A stretch of 64,000 nt of DNA, taken from Malacoraja senta (taxonomy: Eukaryota). The DNA lies in NCBI GenBank assembly GCA_038087875.1, contig CM075989.1, positions 3,038,001 through 3,102,000 of the forward strand. Reading direction: 5' to 3'. Shown in pieces: positions 47,070 to 60,297 of the stretch. Below the pieces are notes generated by a model. The model ran no database searches. It was given only the letters and a program-made list of their open reading frames with translations, and was not told the origin of the DNA. A program made the translations under genes and the position numbers. Numbering within the stretch: position 1 is the first letter of the stretch; every line of letters begins with the position of its first letter.

Positions 47070-50000
47070 CGTATGTACCTCACTCTCACACTGGTTAGGG
47101 TATAAGCATCTTTAATGTTCAGCTCATCATCACACAAGCAGTACATCATACATTCAGTCTACTGCAGCTACTGAAGACAATAGGCGAGTTCTTACACTAT
47201 AAAGCATGCATTAGGCGGAGATATAATTACTAAGCATTCTGACTGGCTAACATGCAGTAGCCAATCTACATCTCTTCTTGTAGAAATGAAAAAACAACTA
47301 AGGCACTTTAAACGGTATGCTGACAGCTGAGGGAATAATAGTGAGGTTAAACAAAATCGCCATATCTGATGGGTGGCCTGCTAACCCGCCCGGTCCTCGT
47401 GCGGTAGGGGGCTGCCTCATCACCCTCTTCTTCCGAAAAGATGTGGGCCGGGGTTGGTGATACTCGATGGGCCTGTGGGGAGAGGCCGCCACGGGGGGAC
47501 CTGCGGTGGACCGACGCGGGGAGGCTGGGGTACCGGTTACAACGGGAGACGCAAGGGGCAACCGACGCGGGGAGTGGGTGGAACGGCTGCAACAGGCGTT
47601 GGTGTAAACTCGAGCGGTGGGGCATCAGGACCCGGGGACGCCGGACGATGTTCCTTCACAGGAAGGAGGTGTTGACGGGTGCATCTGTAGAGGACACCAT
47701 CGACTTTGACCAGGTAGGAGCGCGGCTCCTTTGAGGGGCCATGAATATGTCCCAGTTTGGTATGTCCTTTGTCAGTTTGTAGGCGTACCACTTGTCCTTG
47801 TGTAAGTGGTTTGAGTGGCTTGCTGGTTTTGTCATAGAAACGCTTCTGTGTGTCTCATTTAAACTGCACTCGCTTTTGTATCGCGGTGGGAGAGCGGTCG
47901 TGTGGCTGCAGCTGTTGCTGGGAGACAGGCAGTGGTGGATGCGTCTGGCGAGACATTAGTCCTTGGGAGGGGGAGCCAAGAATACTGTCTCTTGAAATGT
48001 TCCGTAAGTTTGGCAGGTCCAGGTAGACGTCGTATTACGCTAGGTAGGAGCGCTCCATGAGTTGTTTAACGCTGCAATCGGCACGTTCAGCAAGTCCGTT
48101 GGACTGTGGGTACTCAGGGCTGCTGGTGACATGTTGAAAGTTCCGCCGTTTGGCAAAGTTCTTGAACTTTTGACTGGTGAATTGAGTTCCGTTATCAGTT
48201 TGAAGGCGAACGGGGGCGCCATGCACGGACAGATGGATTGACAGTTACTGGATCACGATTTCGGAGGTTGTCGTGGGCAGTAGGTCGATTTCAAACCAAA
48301 CTGAGTAGGAGTCTACCAGGACGAGGTGGTGGTTCCCATGCCATTCAAAGATATCAGCGGCCAGGGAGGGAGCCGGCTGAGGCAAGAAGGGCTGCTTCTG
48401 TTGGTGTGGTGTTAAACTGTTGCAGATGGCACATGATGCAGTCTTATCACGTATGTACCTTGTCATCCCGGGCCAGTAGATCATGTTCTGGGCCCGTTTT
48501 TGAGTGGCCTCTGTACCAGGGTGGCCTCCGTGGATATCTTCGTAGTACTCACTCCGCAGAGTGGAGGGGACGACAGCCTTGTGGCCTTTGACGATTATTC
48601 CGTCCTGCAGCACCAGTTCGTCACGAACCAGGAAGTAGGGTCGTATTTCATACGGGGTGCTTGACTGTTTGTTTGGCCATCCGTTTCTTATAACGGAAGT
48701 CAGCAGCTGTGAAGTTTTATCCGCAGCTGTGTGTTCGGTAAGGCGGCGTTAGCGATCGGTAGGCACGAACGACACCTTTAGGACTGAGAATTCGTCCTGT
48801 TCGATGGGGTGGCGTTCGCTGGTAGTGCGCGGGGCCTTGGAGAGCGTGTCTGCGATGTGCATGTCTTTACCTTTCTTGTATACGATGCGGAAGTCAAACC
48901 GCTGCAGCTGCATCACCATTCGTTGTAGACGAGCCAGGGCGGCGTGGATGGGCTTGTTCAGGATGGTGACCAGTGGCTGGTGGTCAGTGTCGACGGTGAA
49001 GGTGTTGCCAAAAATAAAGTCTTGCATTTTGAACAGGCAAAGACAACGGTGAACAGTTCCTTCTCAATCTGGGCATAGCGTTGTTCAGTGTCTGTCAAGG
49101 TGCGTGATGCGTAGGAGACAGGCATCACATCACCGTCGGTACTTGTTTGTAGGCACGCTGCGCCAAGTCCGTACTGGGATGCATCGCAGGTAACGGTGAT
49201 TGGTCGGTTGAGGTTGAAGTATGCCAGTGTCAGCGCGCTGGCTAGCTGGAGCTTTAATGTCTCGAAGGCTCTCTGGTGCTGGGGGTACCAAGACCATGCA
49301 TTGTCCTTGTGGGTCACTTGTCGCAGAGGGGCAGAAAGTTCACTGATGGTTGGGAATGAATTTACCCAGGTAGTTGACCATGCCGAGGAGGAACCGTTGC
49401 AAGCTGGTGACGTCGGTTGGGACGGGCAGTTCGTTGATGGCTGCAGTCTTTAACGGATCCGGTTTTAATCCGTTGCTGGTGAATACATGACCGACGTAGG
49501 TAACTTCCGGAAACCGGAATTTGCATTTTAGAGGGTTGAGTTTGAGGTTGATGTTTCTGGCACGGTTTAATATCCTCTTCAGGTTAGCGTCATGCTCGAC
49601 GATATCATAGACTAATATCGTCAACAATGATGGCACATGGATACAGTTGTTCCATTGCCCATTGCAAGACTTTGCTGGCAGAGTTGATGCCAAAAGGCAT
49701 CCTTAAAAAGCTGTAGCGGCCAAATGGCGTGGCAAAAGTTGTTAGGGCAGACGATGCCCGGTCTAGTGGTATTTGCCAGAAAGAGCTTTTGGCATCAAGG
49801 AACGAGAACACCATTGCATTTCCGATTTGTGCAGCTACGTCCTCAGTGGTTCTCATCGGGTAGTGTGGGTGTTTGATTGCTGTGTTTAAATCTTTGGGGT
49901 TGATGCAAACCCGCAACCCTTCTTTGTTTTTCTTGGTGGTTATGACCATGGTGGAGACCCAGTCAGAGGGTTCGCTGACCTCGGCAATGACTCCAATGGA

Positions 50001-51741
50001 GACCATGCGTTTAAGTTCAGCGTGTATTTTCTCCCGCATGCCATAGGGGACGCGGTGGGGTGCGCGAACTATTGGTGTGACTGCATGATCTACAGTGATC
50101 TTGTACATCGTAGGCAGCTTGCCAAGTTTGTCGTCGAACAGGTCTTTGTACTGCGATAGCATCTGCTGTTGGTTCCTCTGTCAGGCAGAGTTTGTGGACA
50201 GCACGCCCGAAATAAACCAGCCCCAGGTCATGGCATGCGTTGATGCCAAGCAGGGTTTCTGAGTTCGGTTGGACAATGTAAAACATCAGGCTTTTAGTCT
50301 GCTCATTGACAGTGCATTTCAAAGCAGCTTTACCCAACGGGTGAAGAACTTCCCACCCATAGGCATGTAGGGTGGAGGAGTCCTTTTTCATTAGTTCAGT
50401 GGTTCTTATCTTGTTGAACTCCCTGAGTGACATTACGTTCACCTTTGCACCCGTGTCGACCTTGGCGGTCAGAGCCTTGTTGTTTATTACCATGGTCACC
50501 GCAGGATCTAGCAGCTTGCCTGAGGAGCGCAGGAGGAACAGCACGGCTGAGTCGTTGTCTGTGTTATCGGAATCATTCCCGTGGGAAACATCATCGTGCT
50601 CTTGGGAATCAGAGTCAGACAGTTCTTGTTGAAGCAGGTGCAGATTTGTACTTGAAGCAGTGTTCCCACGAGATCGACAACATGTGGCAAAATGATTAAG
50701 CTTCTTGCAGTTGTGACAAACGTTCCCATGGGCGACGCAAAACTGGCGCCCCCTAGAGTGGAAATAATTGCAGTTGGGGCACCTTGTGGCAGGCACATTG
50801 GGATCTTAGCGAGATGCGTTTAAAAATTTCTGCGGAGAGTAGTTGGCTAGATTTACATTATGTTGCTGTTGATGGCTGGCACGGTCAAAATCTGCTAGTG
50901 GGGCCACGGTCTCTGCCATTTGACATGAATGAATGGCTTGATCTAAAGTCAGTTCAGCGTTCCGAAGCAGTTCAGCTCTTAGCTTGCGGTCGCTCATTCC
51001 TCCCACAATTTTATCGCGTACCAGCTCGTTAGTCAACTCACCGAAGCGGCACCGTGTAGCCATGTGTCATAAATCACTGATAAATCATTCAACAGGTTCA
51101 TCGACCTGCCGCTGTTGGGCGAAGAATTGTGTTCTCTTGAGGATACGGTTCGAGGGCAGGTCGCATAGTTCTCTAATCTTTCTCAGTAGGACCATAGGGT
51201 TGTCGATAGTTTCTGCTGGCACCAGGACCTGACCATTCGCGTCGAGGTGTGCTGGGGCGAATTCAAAGTTGTCTGCACGGATCATTGCTTCCGGACCCGC
51301 TAGATTGAGTAGTAGCGATGCCTTCAGATCGCCGGGGTCGTTCCAGTGAAATATGGGGATATAGTGAGCATCGTCACGCTCAAACATTCGCCAGCGCTCG
51401 GCTATGTCAGAATCAAACACGTGGGGACTCGGCTTTCGGCAGGAGTTAGCCATGTCATCAAAATCAATCACAAATAAAAACTGATAAAGAAAATAAATCG
51501 TGGTTAACAGACGAAGGTTGGACCCAGTTTTCTGACACCATGTAAGTACCTCACTCTCACACTGGTTAGGGTACAAGCATCTTTAATGTTCAGTTCATCA
51601 TCACACAAGCAGTACATCATACATTCAGTCTACTGCAGCTACTGAAGACAGTAGGCGAGTTCTTACACTATAAAGCATGCATTAGGCGGAGTTATAATTA
51701 ATAAGCATTCTGATTGGCTAACATGCAGTAGCCAATCTACA
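47070..51741 (-). mobile_element. Gypsy (Mag-like) LTR retrotransposon 2, decayed
   Basis: 201-bp LTRs at 47070-47270 and 51541-51741 (about 8 mismatches by eye); TSD GTTTT; PBS TGGTGTCAGAA (tRNA-Leu-like) at 51530-51540; purine tract AAGAAGAGA before the 3' LTR. Confidence 0.93.
47347..51453 (-). pseudogene. Gypsy gag-pol of element 2, fragmented
   Basis: Gag MANSCRKP with two zinc knuckles (CPNC..H..C and CHNC..H..C), protease VDTGA, RT IVDD, RNase H CDASQYGLGA, integrase HGGHPG, DNGTQF and NGLAE. Confidence 0.9.
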
Positions 51742-52312
51742 GTTTTCTCCGGAACACCAGAGGCTGAGCGGAAACCTGATAGAAGTATATGAAATGACGA
51801 AAGGCATAGATAGGGTAGACAGTCAGAATCTTTTTCTCAGGGTAGAAGCGACAAAGACTGGAGGACATTTCTTTAAAGTGGGTGGGGCTAAGTTTAAGGG
51901 AGACGTGTAAGGCCAGTTTTTTACACAGAGGGTACTGAGGGCCTGGAACATACTCTCGGGGGTGGTGGTGGCGGGAGATACAATAATGGCATTTAAGAGG
52001 CTTTTGGACATGCACATGGATATGTAGGGATAAGGCTTATGTGCAGGCATAGAAACATAGAAACGTAGAAAATAGGTGCAGGAAGAGGCCATTCGGCCCT
52101 TCGAGCCAGCACTGTCATTCATTGTGATCATGGCTGATCGTCCCCAATCAATAACCCGTGCCTGCCTTCTCCCCATATCCCTTGATTCCACTAGCCCCCA
52201 GAGCCCTATTTAACTCTCTCTTAAATCCATCCAGTGATTTGGCCTCCACTGTCCTCTGTGGCAGGGAATTCCACAAATAGAAGACATTAGTTTATCTTGG
52301 CATCGTATTCTA

Positions 52313-52717
52313 GGTATGTTACAATACTTACCTTCAGCGGCGCTGCAATTCTGCCACTGGCCGTGTGCGCCATTTAGGCGCCTTTGAGGGGGGGCGGGGT
52401 TAAAACGCAGGTTTCTCCTACCTTGTCCTGGATTATATTTCATTGGAGTGCAAGCTTTTGCTGAAGAATCGTTCCGACGGGCGTTCTGTGTATTTTTTTT
52501 TTTTAATCGCCCGACAATTTCAGCGCTGGAGTTATTTTAAAATCAGCTTCTAAAGTCGTCAACGCCGACAACGGGGACGGATTTCACGCACGGGACAGGT
52601 AAAGGAAAGCCATTTATTTTATGTATAAAAGTGCTCCTTAAGATGCCTTTTTATGCTTTATCTGATGGGATAAATTACAGACTTGATTTTTAAAATCTCA
52701 AAATTTTGTAACATTGC
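52313..52717. mobile_element. Possible non-autonomous DNA transposon
   Basis: Imperfect TIR GGTATGTTACAA / TTGTAACATTGC with TA on both flanks; CpG-rich interior. Confidence 0.45.
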
Positions 52718-53367
52718 TACATATTCAGCACAGACATTGTGGGCCGAAGGGCCTGTTGCTGTTCAGTACTCTTCCGTTTTATTCACTGGTAAGAGAGGAC
52801 TGATGAAGTTAAATCCTGAAGAAGTTGACAATTGACGTGCCAGGGCGGCACGGTGGCGCAGCTGTAGAGCTACGACCTAAAACGCCACCCATTCCTTCTC
52901 TCCAGAGATGTTGCCAGTCCCGCTGAGTTACTCCAGCATTTTGTGTCTATCTAGATCAGATAATACTGTACACTGCACAATCAAATGAAAAACAAGTGCA
53001 ATGGATAGACTAAAGGGGAAGGTATAGACTTCTCTGCAATGCAGCACATCAGTTCCACAGACAATGTCTAATGTGTGCATTGGCCGGGTTGAGACAAGAC
53101 TTTGATTATATCAACTGCTCTCCTGAGGCAGTGTGGTGTGGATGGAGTCAATGGTGGGGAGTGTGATCGTGTGATGGACTGGGTTGCAACTTCATGCAGG
53201 AGAACTGTGACCTTCTTGACTCGCTCAGTGAGGTGACGGGTTCGACATATTTGATTGTACGGGGAGATTTTTTTTTTCTATTTCATTAAACGTCTATCTC
53301 TGAACCTTTGCAGGATAGGTGAGAAACAAAAGGAGGCAGAGAATGTCAGTTTGCAAGAATGTTGTAG

Positions 53368-53667
53368 GCAGCACGGTGGCGCAGCGGTAAGGTTGCTGCC
53401 TTACAGTGCCAGGGACCTGGGTTCGATCCCAACAACGGGTGCTGTCTGTACGGAGTTTGTACGTTCTCCCTGTGACCTGCGTGGGTTTTCTCTGGGTGCT
53501 CCGGTTTCCTCCCACACTCCGTAGATGTACAGGTTTGAACATTTAATCGGCGTCAGTAAAACATTGTATATTGCCCTTAGTGTGTAGGATAGCACGGGGA
53601 TTTCTGGTCGGCATGGACTCGGTGGGCCGAAGGGCATATTTCTATGCTGTATCTTTAAAGTCTAAAA
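53368..53667 (+). mobile_element. HE1/V-SINE-type SINE
   Basis: Head, B-box GGTTCGATCC, V-domain and tail. Confidence 0.88.
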
Positions 53668-53702
53668 TAAATGTTAACCTGAAGGAACAAGTAGATGTAT
53701 CA

Positions 53703-53836
53703 TGTGTTATAGAGGGAACTGCAAATGCTGGAAAATCGAAGGTACACAAAAATGCTGGAGAAACTCAGCGGGTGCAGCAGCATCTATGGAGCGAAGGAGA
53801 TAGGCAACGTTTCGGGCCGAAACCCTTCTTCAGACA
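53703..53836 (-). mobile_element. ~134-bp hammerhead-bearing Penelope-derived unit with 14-bp TSD
   Basis: AAGTAGATGTATCA at 53689-53702 and 53837-53850; core CTGAAGA-A-GGGT(TTCG)GCCC-GAAA-CGTT on the minus strand at 53806-53833. Confidence 0.88.
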
Positions 53837-54010
53837 AAGTAGATGTATCACAGTGGATGTTCAGAAGCCATTCACCAAGAAGCTGGATTTCTAAAGTCTA
53901 AAGACTAAATATTTAGCTGCACAATGTATAATTGATCGACAGTCACAGAAATATGTAATCTGGCTTTGTGATATAGTCATGAATGAGAGAGACCACAGCA
54001 TACAGGAAAG

Positions 54011-55806
54011 CACACCACACACTACACACACACACACACTACACACACACACTACACACACACACTACACACTACACACTACACACACACTACACACACA
54101 CACACTACACACTACACACGCACACACACACACACTACACACACACACACACGCACACTACACACACACTACACACACACTACACACACACACTACACAC
54201 ACACACTACACACACACTACACACACACACACTACACACTACACACACACTACACACACACACACTACACACTACACACACACACTACACACTACACACG
54301 CACACACACACACACTACACACTACACACTACACACACACTACACACACACACACTACACACTACACACACACACTACACACTACACACTACACACACAC
54401 TACACACACTACACACACACACACACACACTACACACACACACACTACACACACACACACACTACACACACTACACACTACACACTACACACTACACACA
54501 CACACACACACACTACACACTACACACTACACACTACACACTACACACACACACACACACTACACACACTACACACTACACACTACACACTACACACACA
54601 CACTACACACACACACACTACACACTACACACTACACACTACACACTACACACACACACTACACACTACACACTACACACACACACACACACTACACACA
54701 CACACACACTACACACACTACACACTACACACACACTACACATGCACACACACTACACACACACATTACACACACACATTACACACTACACACGCACACA
54801 CATATTACACACACACACACTACACACACACTACACACACACTACACACTACACACACACATTACACACACACACTACACACTACACACACACATACACA
54901 CACACATTACACACACACTACACACACACTACACACACACTACACACACACACACTACACACACACACACTACACACACACGCACTACACACACTACACA
55001 CACACACTACACACACACACTATGCACGCTACACACACACACACACTACACACACACACGCTACACACGCTGCACACACATGCTACACACACACTACACA
55101 TGCTACACACACACAACTACACACGCAATATACACATACACACACTATGCACACACATTACGCACACATACCACACACACTACACACACATACTACACAC
55201 ACATATCCTACACAAACACACACACACTACACACTACACACTCCACACACACAGACACAGTGTGTGTGTGTGCGTGTGTAGTGTGTGTGTGTGCGTGTGT
55301 AGTGTGTAGTGTGTGTGTGTGTAGTGTGTAGTGTGTGTGTGTAGTGTGTGTGTGTAGCGTGTGTGTAGTGTGTGTGTGTGTAGTGTGTGTGTGTGTAGTG
55401 TGTGTGTGTGTGTGTAGTGTGTGTGTGTGTGTAGTGTGTGTGTGTGTGTGTGTGCGTGTGTAGTGTGTGTGTGTAGTGTGTGTGTGTAGCGTGTGTGTAG
55501 TGTGTGTGTGTGTAGTGTGTGTGTGTAGTGTGTGTGTGTGTAGTGTGTGTGTGTGTGTAGTGTGTGTGTAGTGTGTGTGTGGGTGTGTAGTGTGTGTGTG
55601 TGTGTGTGCGTGTGTGCGTGTGTAGTATGTGTGTGTGTGTGTGCGTGTGTGCGTGTGTAGTATGTGTGTGTAGTGTGTGTGTGTGGGTGTGTAGTGCGTG
55701 TGTGTGTAGTGTGTGCGTGTGTGCGTGTGTAGTATGTGTGTGTAGTGTGTGTGTGTAGTGTGACACTACACACACACACACACACTACACACACACACCA
55801 CACACA
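54011..55806. repeat. Compound (CA)n/CTA microsatellite followed by its reverse complement (TG)n/TAG
   Basis: CA-rich at 54011-55258, TG-rich at 55259-55762, CA again at 55763-55806. Confidence 0.95.
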
Positions 55807-56381
55807 ATAAATAAGGCAGCACCAGCTCACTGTAAGATGCCATATGGTTGTTACACAATGCTGTTACAGAGTCACACATATTCTCCTTTCTTTCATCCTT
55901 TCTTAAAGCATTCATGTTTTCACTCATCCCCACATCTCTTGAGATTTACTACCATTGCCTGAGAAATGTTGATATTGTGGCTGTTCAGTCTCTCTGGTAG
56001 ATGTGAATACTCAAGCAGTTCAATCTGTGACAGTGTGAGTTCACAGTTTAGCAGCTGACTCTGAGCACACTTTGTGGCTTTGGATTTCTGAAAAGAACTG
56101 CTTCTCTCCCTTTCACATTTGGATGTTATTTGTGGAGATATCCTCGTGTTTTCACCGCACCTGTCAGATCTGTACCTTAGAAGAAAATAATGCAGTTTTC
56201 TTTGGATGACATTTTTGAATTCCGGAGAGGAAGGACAGATTCTTTGATGATAATCCCCTCCCAACTTGTATTTAAATGGTGTAAGAAGGAACTGCAGATG
56301 CTGCTTTACACTGAAGATTGACATAAAACGCTGGAGTAACTCAACGAGTCAGGCAGCATCTCTGGCGAAGAAGGAATAGGT

Positions 56382-56409
56382 GACGTTTCGGGTCGAGACC
56401 CTTCTTCAG
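56382..56409 (-). ncRNA. Minimal hammerhead ribozyme motif
   Basis: Minus strand CTGAAGA-A-GGGT(CTCG)ACCC-GAAA-CGTC within the repeat at 56280-56465. Confidence 0.75.
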
Positions 56410-56734
56410 ATCCATGTTCTCCAGAGAAGCTGCCTGACCCGCTGAATTACCTCAGCACTTTGTGTCTTTTTGTTAATCTCTCTGTAAATTGTTTGTATCC
56501 TCCATGCAGTTTGATATCCCACCTATGTTTCTGCCACTCTTGAATCTGGCCTCATCCCTCCAGCTTATCATTACACATTGTAAACAACTCGTGGTCCTAG
56601 CACTGAGCCCTGCCTGCCGCCGTCAATGTGTCACCTTGGTCAAATGGAGACCCTTCTGTCAATGTATATCATGTTGTTACTTGTGGGTGGAGCACCAAGG
56701 CAAATGCCTTGTATTTGAATACTTGGCCAATAAT

Positions 56735-57548
56735 TCAATTCAATTCAATTCAACTTTAATGTCATTGCACAAATACTGAGTATGGGTACAACGAAATGCA
56801 GTTTTGCGTCAGTCCGTAGTAGTAGTGCAATATAGAAATTTAAAAAAAAAGAGGATACAGAATAATCAAAAATACAGAATAATTAACAATGGGGACGGAG
56901 GGACCGGAGGAATCTATCGGTGGGACTCCGAGTTCAGCAATGCGACGGTATAATTGTAGAAGCTGTTCCTCATCCTACTGGTACGAGACCTGAGGCTCCT
57001 GTACCGCCTCCCTTTCGGTGGAGGGCATCCATGGCAGGGAGCGGGGCACCGATGATGTGCTGCGCGGTTTTCACCACCCGTTGTAGTGCCTTCCTGTCCG
57101 CAACAGTGCAGCTGCTGTACCATACCGTGAAGCAGGTGGTCAGGATGCTCTCGATTGTACGGTAGAAGTTGGTCAAGATCTGGGGGGACAAGTGGGCTTT
57201 CTTGAGCCTCCTCAGGAAGTAAAGGCACTGCTGTGCCTTTTTGATCAGCTTGGAGGTGTTGAGGGACCAGGACAAATCCTCCGAGATGTGTACCCCGAGG
57301 AATTTGTAGCTGGAGACGCGCTCCACCTCAGTCCCGTTTATATGGATGGGGGTATGTCTGCCCCCTCTGACCTTCCTGAAGTCGACAATAATTTCCTTCG
57401 TCTTCTTGGAGTTGAGGACAAGGTTATTGTTGGCACACCAGGTTGTCAGGTGCTGGACCTCCTCTCTGTAGGCTGACTCATCGTTGTCACTGATCAGTCC
57501 TACCACCGTGGTGTCGTCAGCAAACTTAATGATGGCGTTGGATCCGTA
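56735..57548 (-). mobile_element. 5'-truncated Rex1/Babar LINE with an internal deletion
   Basis: KFADDTTVVGLISDNDESAYREEV (ORF 56970-57506 and upstream); (GAATT)n tail. Confidence 0.88.
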
Positions 57549-57934
57549 CTTACTTACTTACTTACTTACTTCTTCAGTCTTGTATTAGGCTCAGAGGGGA
57601 GACGGCGACATCGTGTGAATCATCTGTGTCGGGGAAGAAGACTTAAACCAAAGACAAAAAAAGATGAAGAAAACGCCATTTTCAACAATAAATCCACAAA
57701 GAGGGAATGAAACGATACAATACGATAGAACTTTACATCCCCAGAGGGATATTGGTCTGCCGACAGTCACAACACACAACAAGTGCACCAAAATTAAATT
57801 TAAAGTGAATAAAAAAAGAAAAAGTCAAGCGACTGTTGGCCGGCTGCCGTGTGCACAGCGCCTTCAGCGGAACGACCGGACAAGCAAACAAACGCAGCCT
57901 TATCCCCTGGGCAGAGGATTCTAAAACTAGAGTG

Positions 57935-58135
57935 TCCCCACCCCACCATCACCTTCCCCCCACCCCCACCCCCCCCCCCTCACCGCCCACCCTCACCATC
58001 CCAACACCACCCCACCCTACACCCAGCCCCCCCCCCACCCACCCCCACCCCCACCCCTCCCCCTCGCCCCACCCCTCCTCACCGCCCCCTCACTCCCCCC
58101 ACCCCAACACATCCCCCCCCACCCCGCCCCCCCAC
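57935..58135. repeat. C-rich low-complexity tract (G-rich on the minus strand)
   Basis: Dense runs of C3-C9. Confidence 0.85.
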
Positions 58136-58738
58136 GCCGGGTCTCCATCGCCCCTCATGCTGGCATGTGGATGAATAACTTCATTCAGTGCGCCTGGCTG
58201 TCTGGTCTAGAAATCCTTCTTGGTCAATACTGAGCAATGAGCAACCCACCTGTTTATAAACTACACTGCACATAAAGCTCTCAGGTAAGTAGGAGTGTGC
58301 TTGTTAAAAGTCAATTATCTCCATGCTGTACTCCTGCAGGCAGGCATTTTCTGTTTGCAAAGACTATTTTCTTGTTGCCAGATGGCAGTGATTGTAATGC
58401 CGTGTTCTGTACACCCATAAGCAGTGACTCTTTTGCAGGAGGTGATGTGTCTTTTTGTTACATTATGTGTGAAGTCGTGAGAGGCTAATCGTTCAGCTCC
58501 CTCTCTCTGCCACCTGTGTCCCTGTAACTCGAGCTGACATGTGGCCTCATGAGAAACGCAGGCAAATTGACAACAGATCGACAATAAGCACAGGCCGGAC
58601 AGCTTTCATTGCAGCCATTTAACATCAAAGGTCGATTGAAGAAAGACACAAAAAGCTGGAGTATCTCAGCGGGTCAGACAGCATCTCTGGAGAAAAGGAA
58701 TAGGTGATGTTTCGGGTTGAGACCCTCCTTTAGACTTA

Positions 58739-59034
58739 AGCCCCTGTCCCACGATACGGGTTTACCCAAGAGCTCGCCCGAGTTTTTAAAAAATCAAACT
58801 CATAGTAAGTTCAACACGAGTATTTTTTTACTCTTGGACATTTTTCACAGTGTTGAAAAAACTTCACGAGTTACCATGTTTCCCGAGTACCTGCCGTTAG
58901 CATTACGAGCCGCTACGAGACATCCACGAGCTCCCACGTACCCGCTACGTACCCGCTACGTACATTCTCCGAGTTCAAATCAGGGGAAAACTCGGGAGAA
59001 CTCTTGAATTACCTCGTACAGTGGGACAGGGCCT
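58739..59034. mobile_element. PIF/Harbinger-like MITE, same family as 18407-18713
   Basis: AGCCCCTGTCCC...GGGACAGGGCCT with TTA flanks; shared internal TTCCCGAGTACCTGCCGTTAGC. Confidence 0.8.
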
Positions 59035-59082
59035 TTAAGGTCAATTCATCCCTTCTCAAGAGTAGAGTCAAGAGTGGTTAAT

Positions 59083-59384
59083 TGTTTAGTTTAGTTTAGT
59101 TTAGCGATACAGCGGAAACAGGCCCTTCGACCCACCAAGTCCGCACCGACCAGCGATCCCCGCACGCCAACACTATCCTACACACACTGGGGACAATTTA
59201 CAATTATACCAAGCCAATTATCCTACAAACCTGCACGTCTTTGGAGTGTGGCAGGAAGCCGGAGCTCCTGGAGAAAACCCACGCAGGTCACGGGGAGAAC
59301 GTACAAACTCCGTACTGATAGGACTCGTAGTCAGGATTGAACCCGGGCTTCTGGTAGCAACTCTAACACCGCGCCACCGTGCCC
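59083..59384 (-). mobile_element. HE1/V-SINE-type SINE
   Basis: Reverse complement with a (TTTAG)n tail. Confidence 0.85.
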
Positions 59385-59564
59385 TGGTACAATTGTCATA
59401 TGTACAGAAACCGAACAATGATATACAATCTTATACTTGCAGCAACACAACTGGTCTGTAACGCAGTACTGATCGTACAATACATGAAAGAAAGTTCAAC
59501 CATTATTTTTAACAACCCTATATTAGTGCAAAACAGAAATCAGAAGTCCCTAGTACAAGGATCC

Positions 59565-59876
59565 TGCTGGGACTCAAGGGCCTGAGCTATTGGGAGAGGT
59601 TGAGCAGGCTAGTACTTTATTCCTTTGAGCGCAGGAGGATGAGGAGAGATCTCATAGAGGTGTGTGAGGTCATGAGAAGAATAGACAGGGTAACTGCACA
59701 GAGTCTTTTACCAAGAATCGGAAAATCAATTAATAGGAACCACAGGGGCAACTTCTGTATACAAAGGGTGGTGAGTATATGGAATGAGCTGCCAGAGGAG
59801 GTAATTGAGGCAAGTACGATCACAATGTTTAAAAAACATTGAACAAGTACATGAATAGGATAAGTTTAGAAGGATA
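59565..59876 (+). mobile_element. CR1 3' fragment (target of the Helitron-like insertion)
   Basis: ORF 59600-59842 is a CR1 C-terminus; ends ...AGAAGGATA. Confidence 0.75.
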
Positions 59877-60078
59877 CTAGACCAAGTGGGACCCGTTGGG
59901 TCCCAAACTCACGTGAGGGCTGGTCCCCCAATGCAATATTCCACCTCTCCACCAATTCCAATATTGGTGGCCAGTGGGGGGGGGGGTGGTTTCTGGAGCG
60001 CTAGGGAGCGTGTTGTGGGCCGAAGGGACTGGTTTCCAGAGGGCTAGTATGGACATTGTGGGCCAAACAGATTTTTGA

Positions 60079-60293
60079 ACTCACAGTTCAGTCACTCACG
60101 GCTGGTGGACTCACAGTTCAGTCACTCACGGCTGGTGGACTCACAGTTCAGTCACTCACGGCTGGTGGACTCACAGTTCAGTCACTCACGGCTGGTGGAA
60201 TCACAGTTCAGTCACTCACGGCTGGTGGAATCACAGTTCAGTCACTCACGGCTGTTGGAGCCACAGTTCACTCACTCACAGCTGGTGGACTCA
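60079..60293. repeat. 30-bp minisatellite, about 7 copies
   Basis: ACTCACAGTTCAGTCACTCACGGCTGGTGG; a related array lies at 62245-62375. Confidence 0.95.
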
Positions 60294-60297
60294 TCCA

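Larger units (their letters stand above)
46896..52048 (+). mobile_element. CR1 fragment split by Gypsy element 2
   Basis: ORF 46896-47105 LQLYQTLVRLHLEHCVQFWSP continues after 51746. Confidence 0.75.

Noticed and set aside
53979..55830. Long His/Thr-rich ORFs (450 and 432 aa)
   Set aside because: Translations of a CA microsatellite that has no stop codons.
55920..56324. 134-aa minus ORF as a host exon
   Set aside because: Starts inside a Penelope-derived repeat; no recognisable protein similarity.
57836..58178. Proline-rich ORFs
   Set aside because: Product of a C-rich low-complexity tract.
58211..58290. Coding exon ending at CAG|GTAAGT
   Set aside because: Stops in all three frames between the nearest AG and the donor; a non-coding exon cannot be judged from sequence alone.
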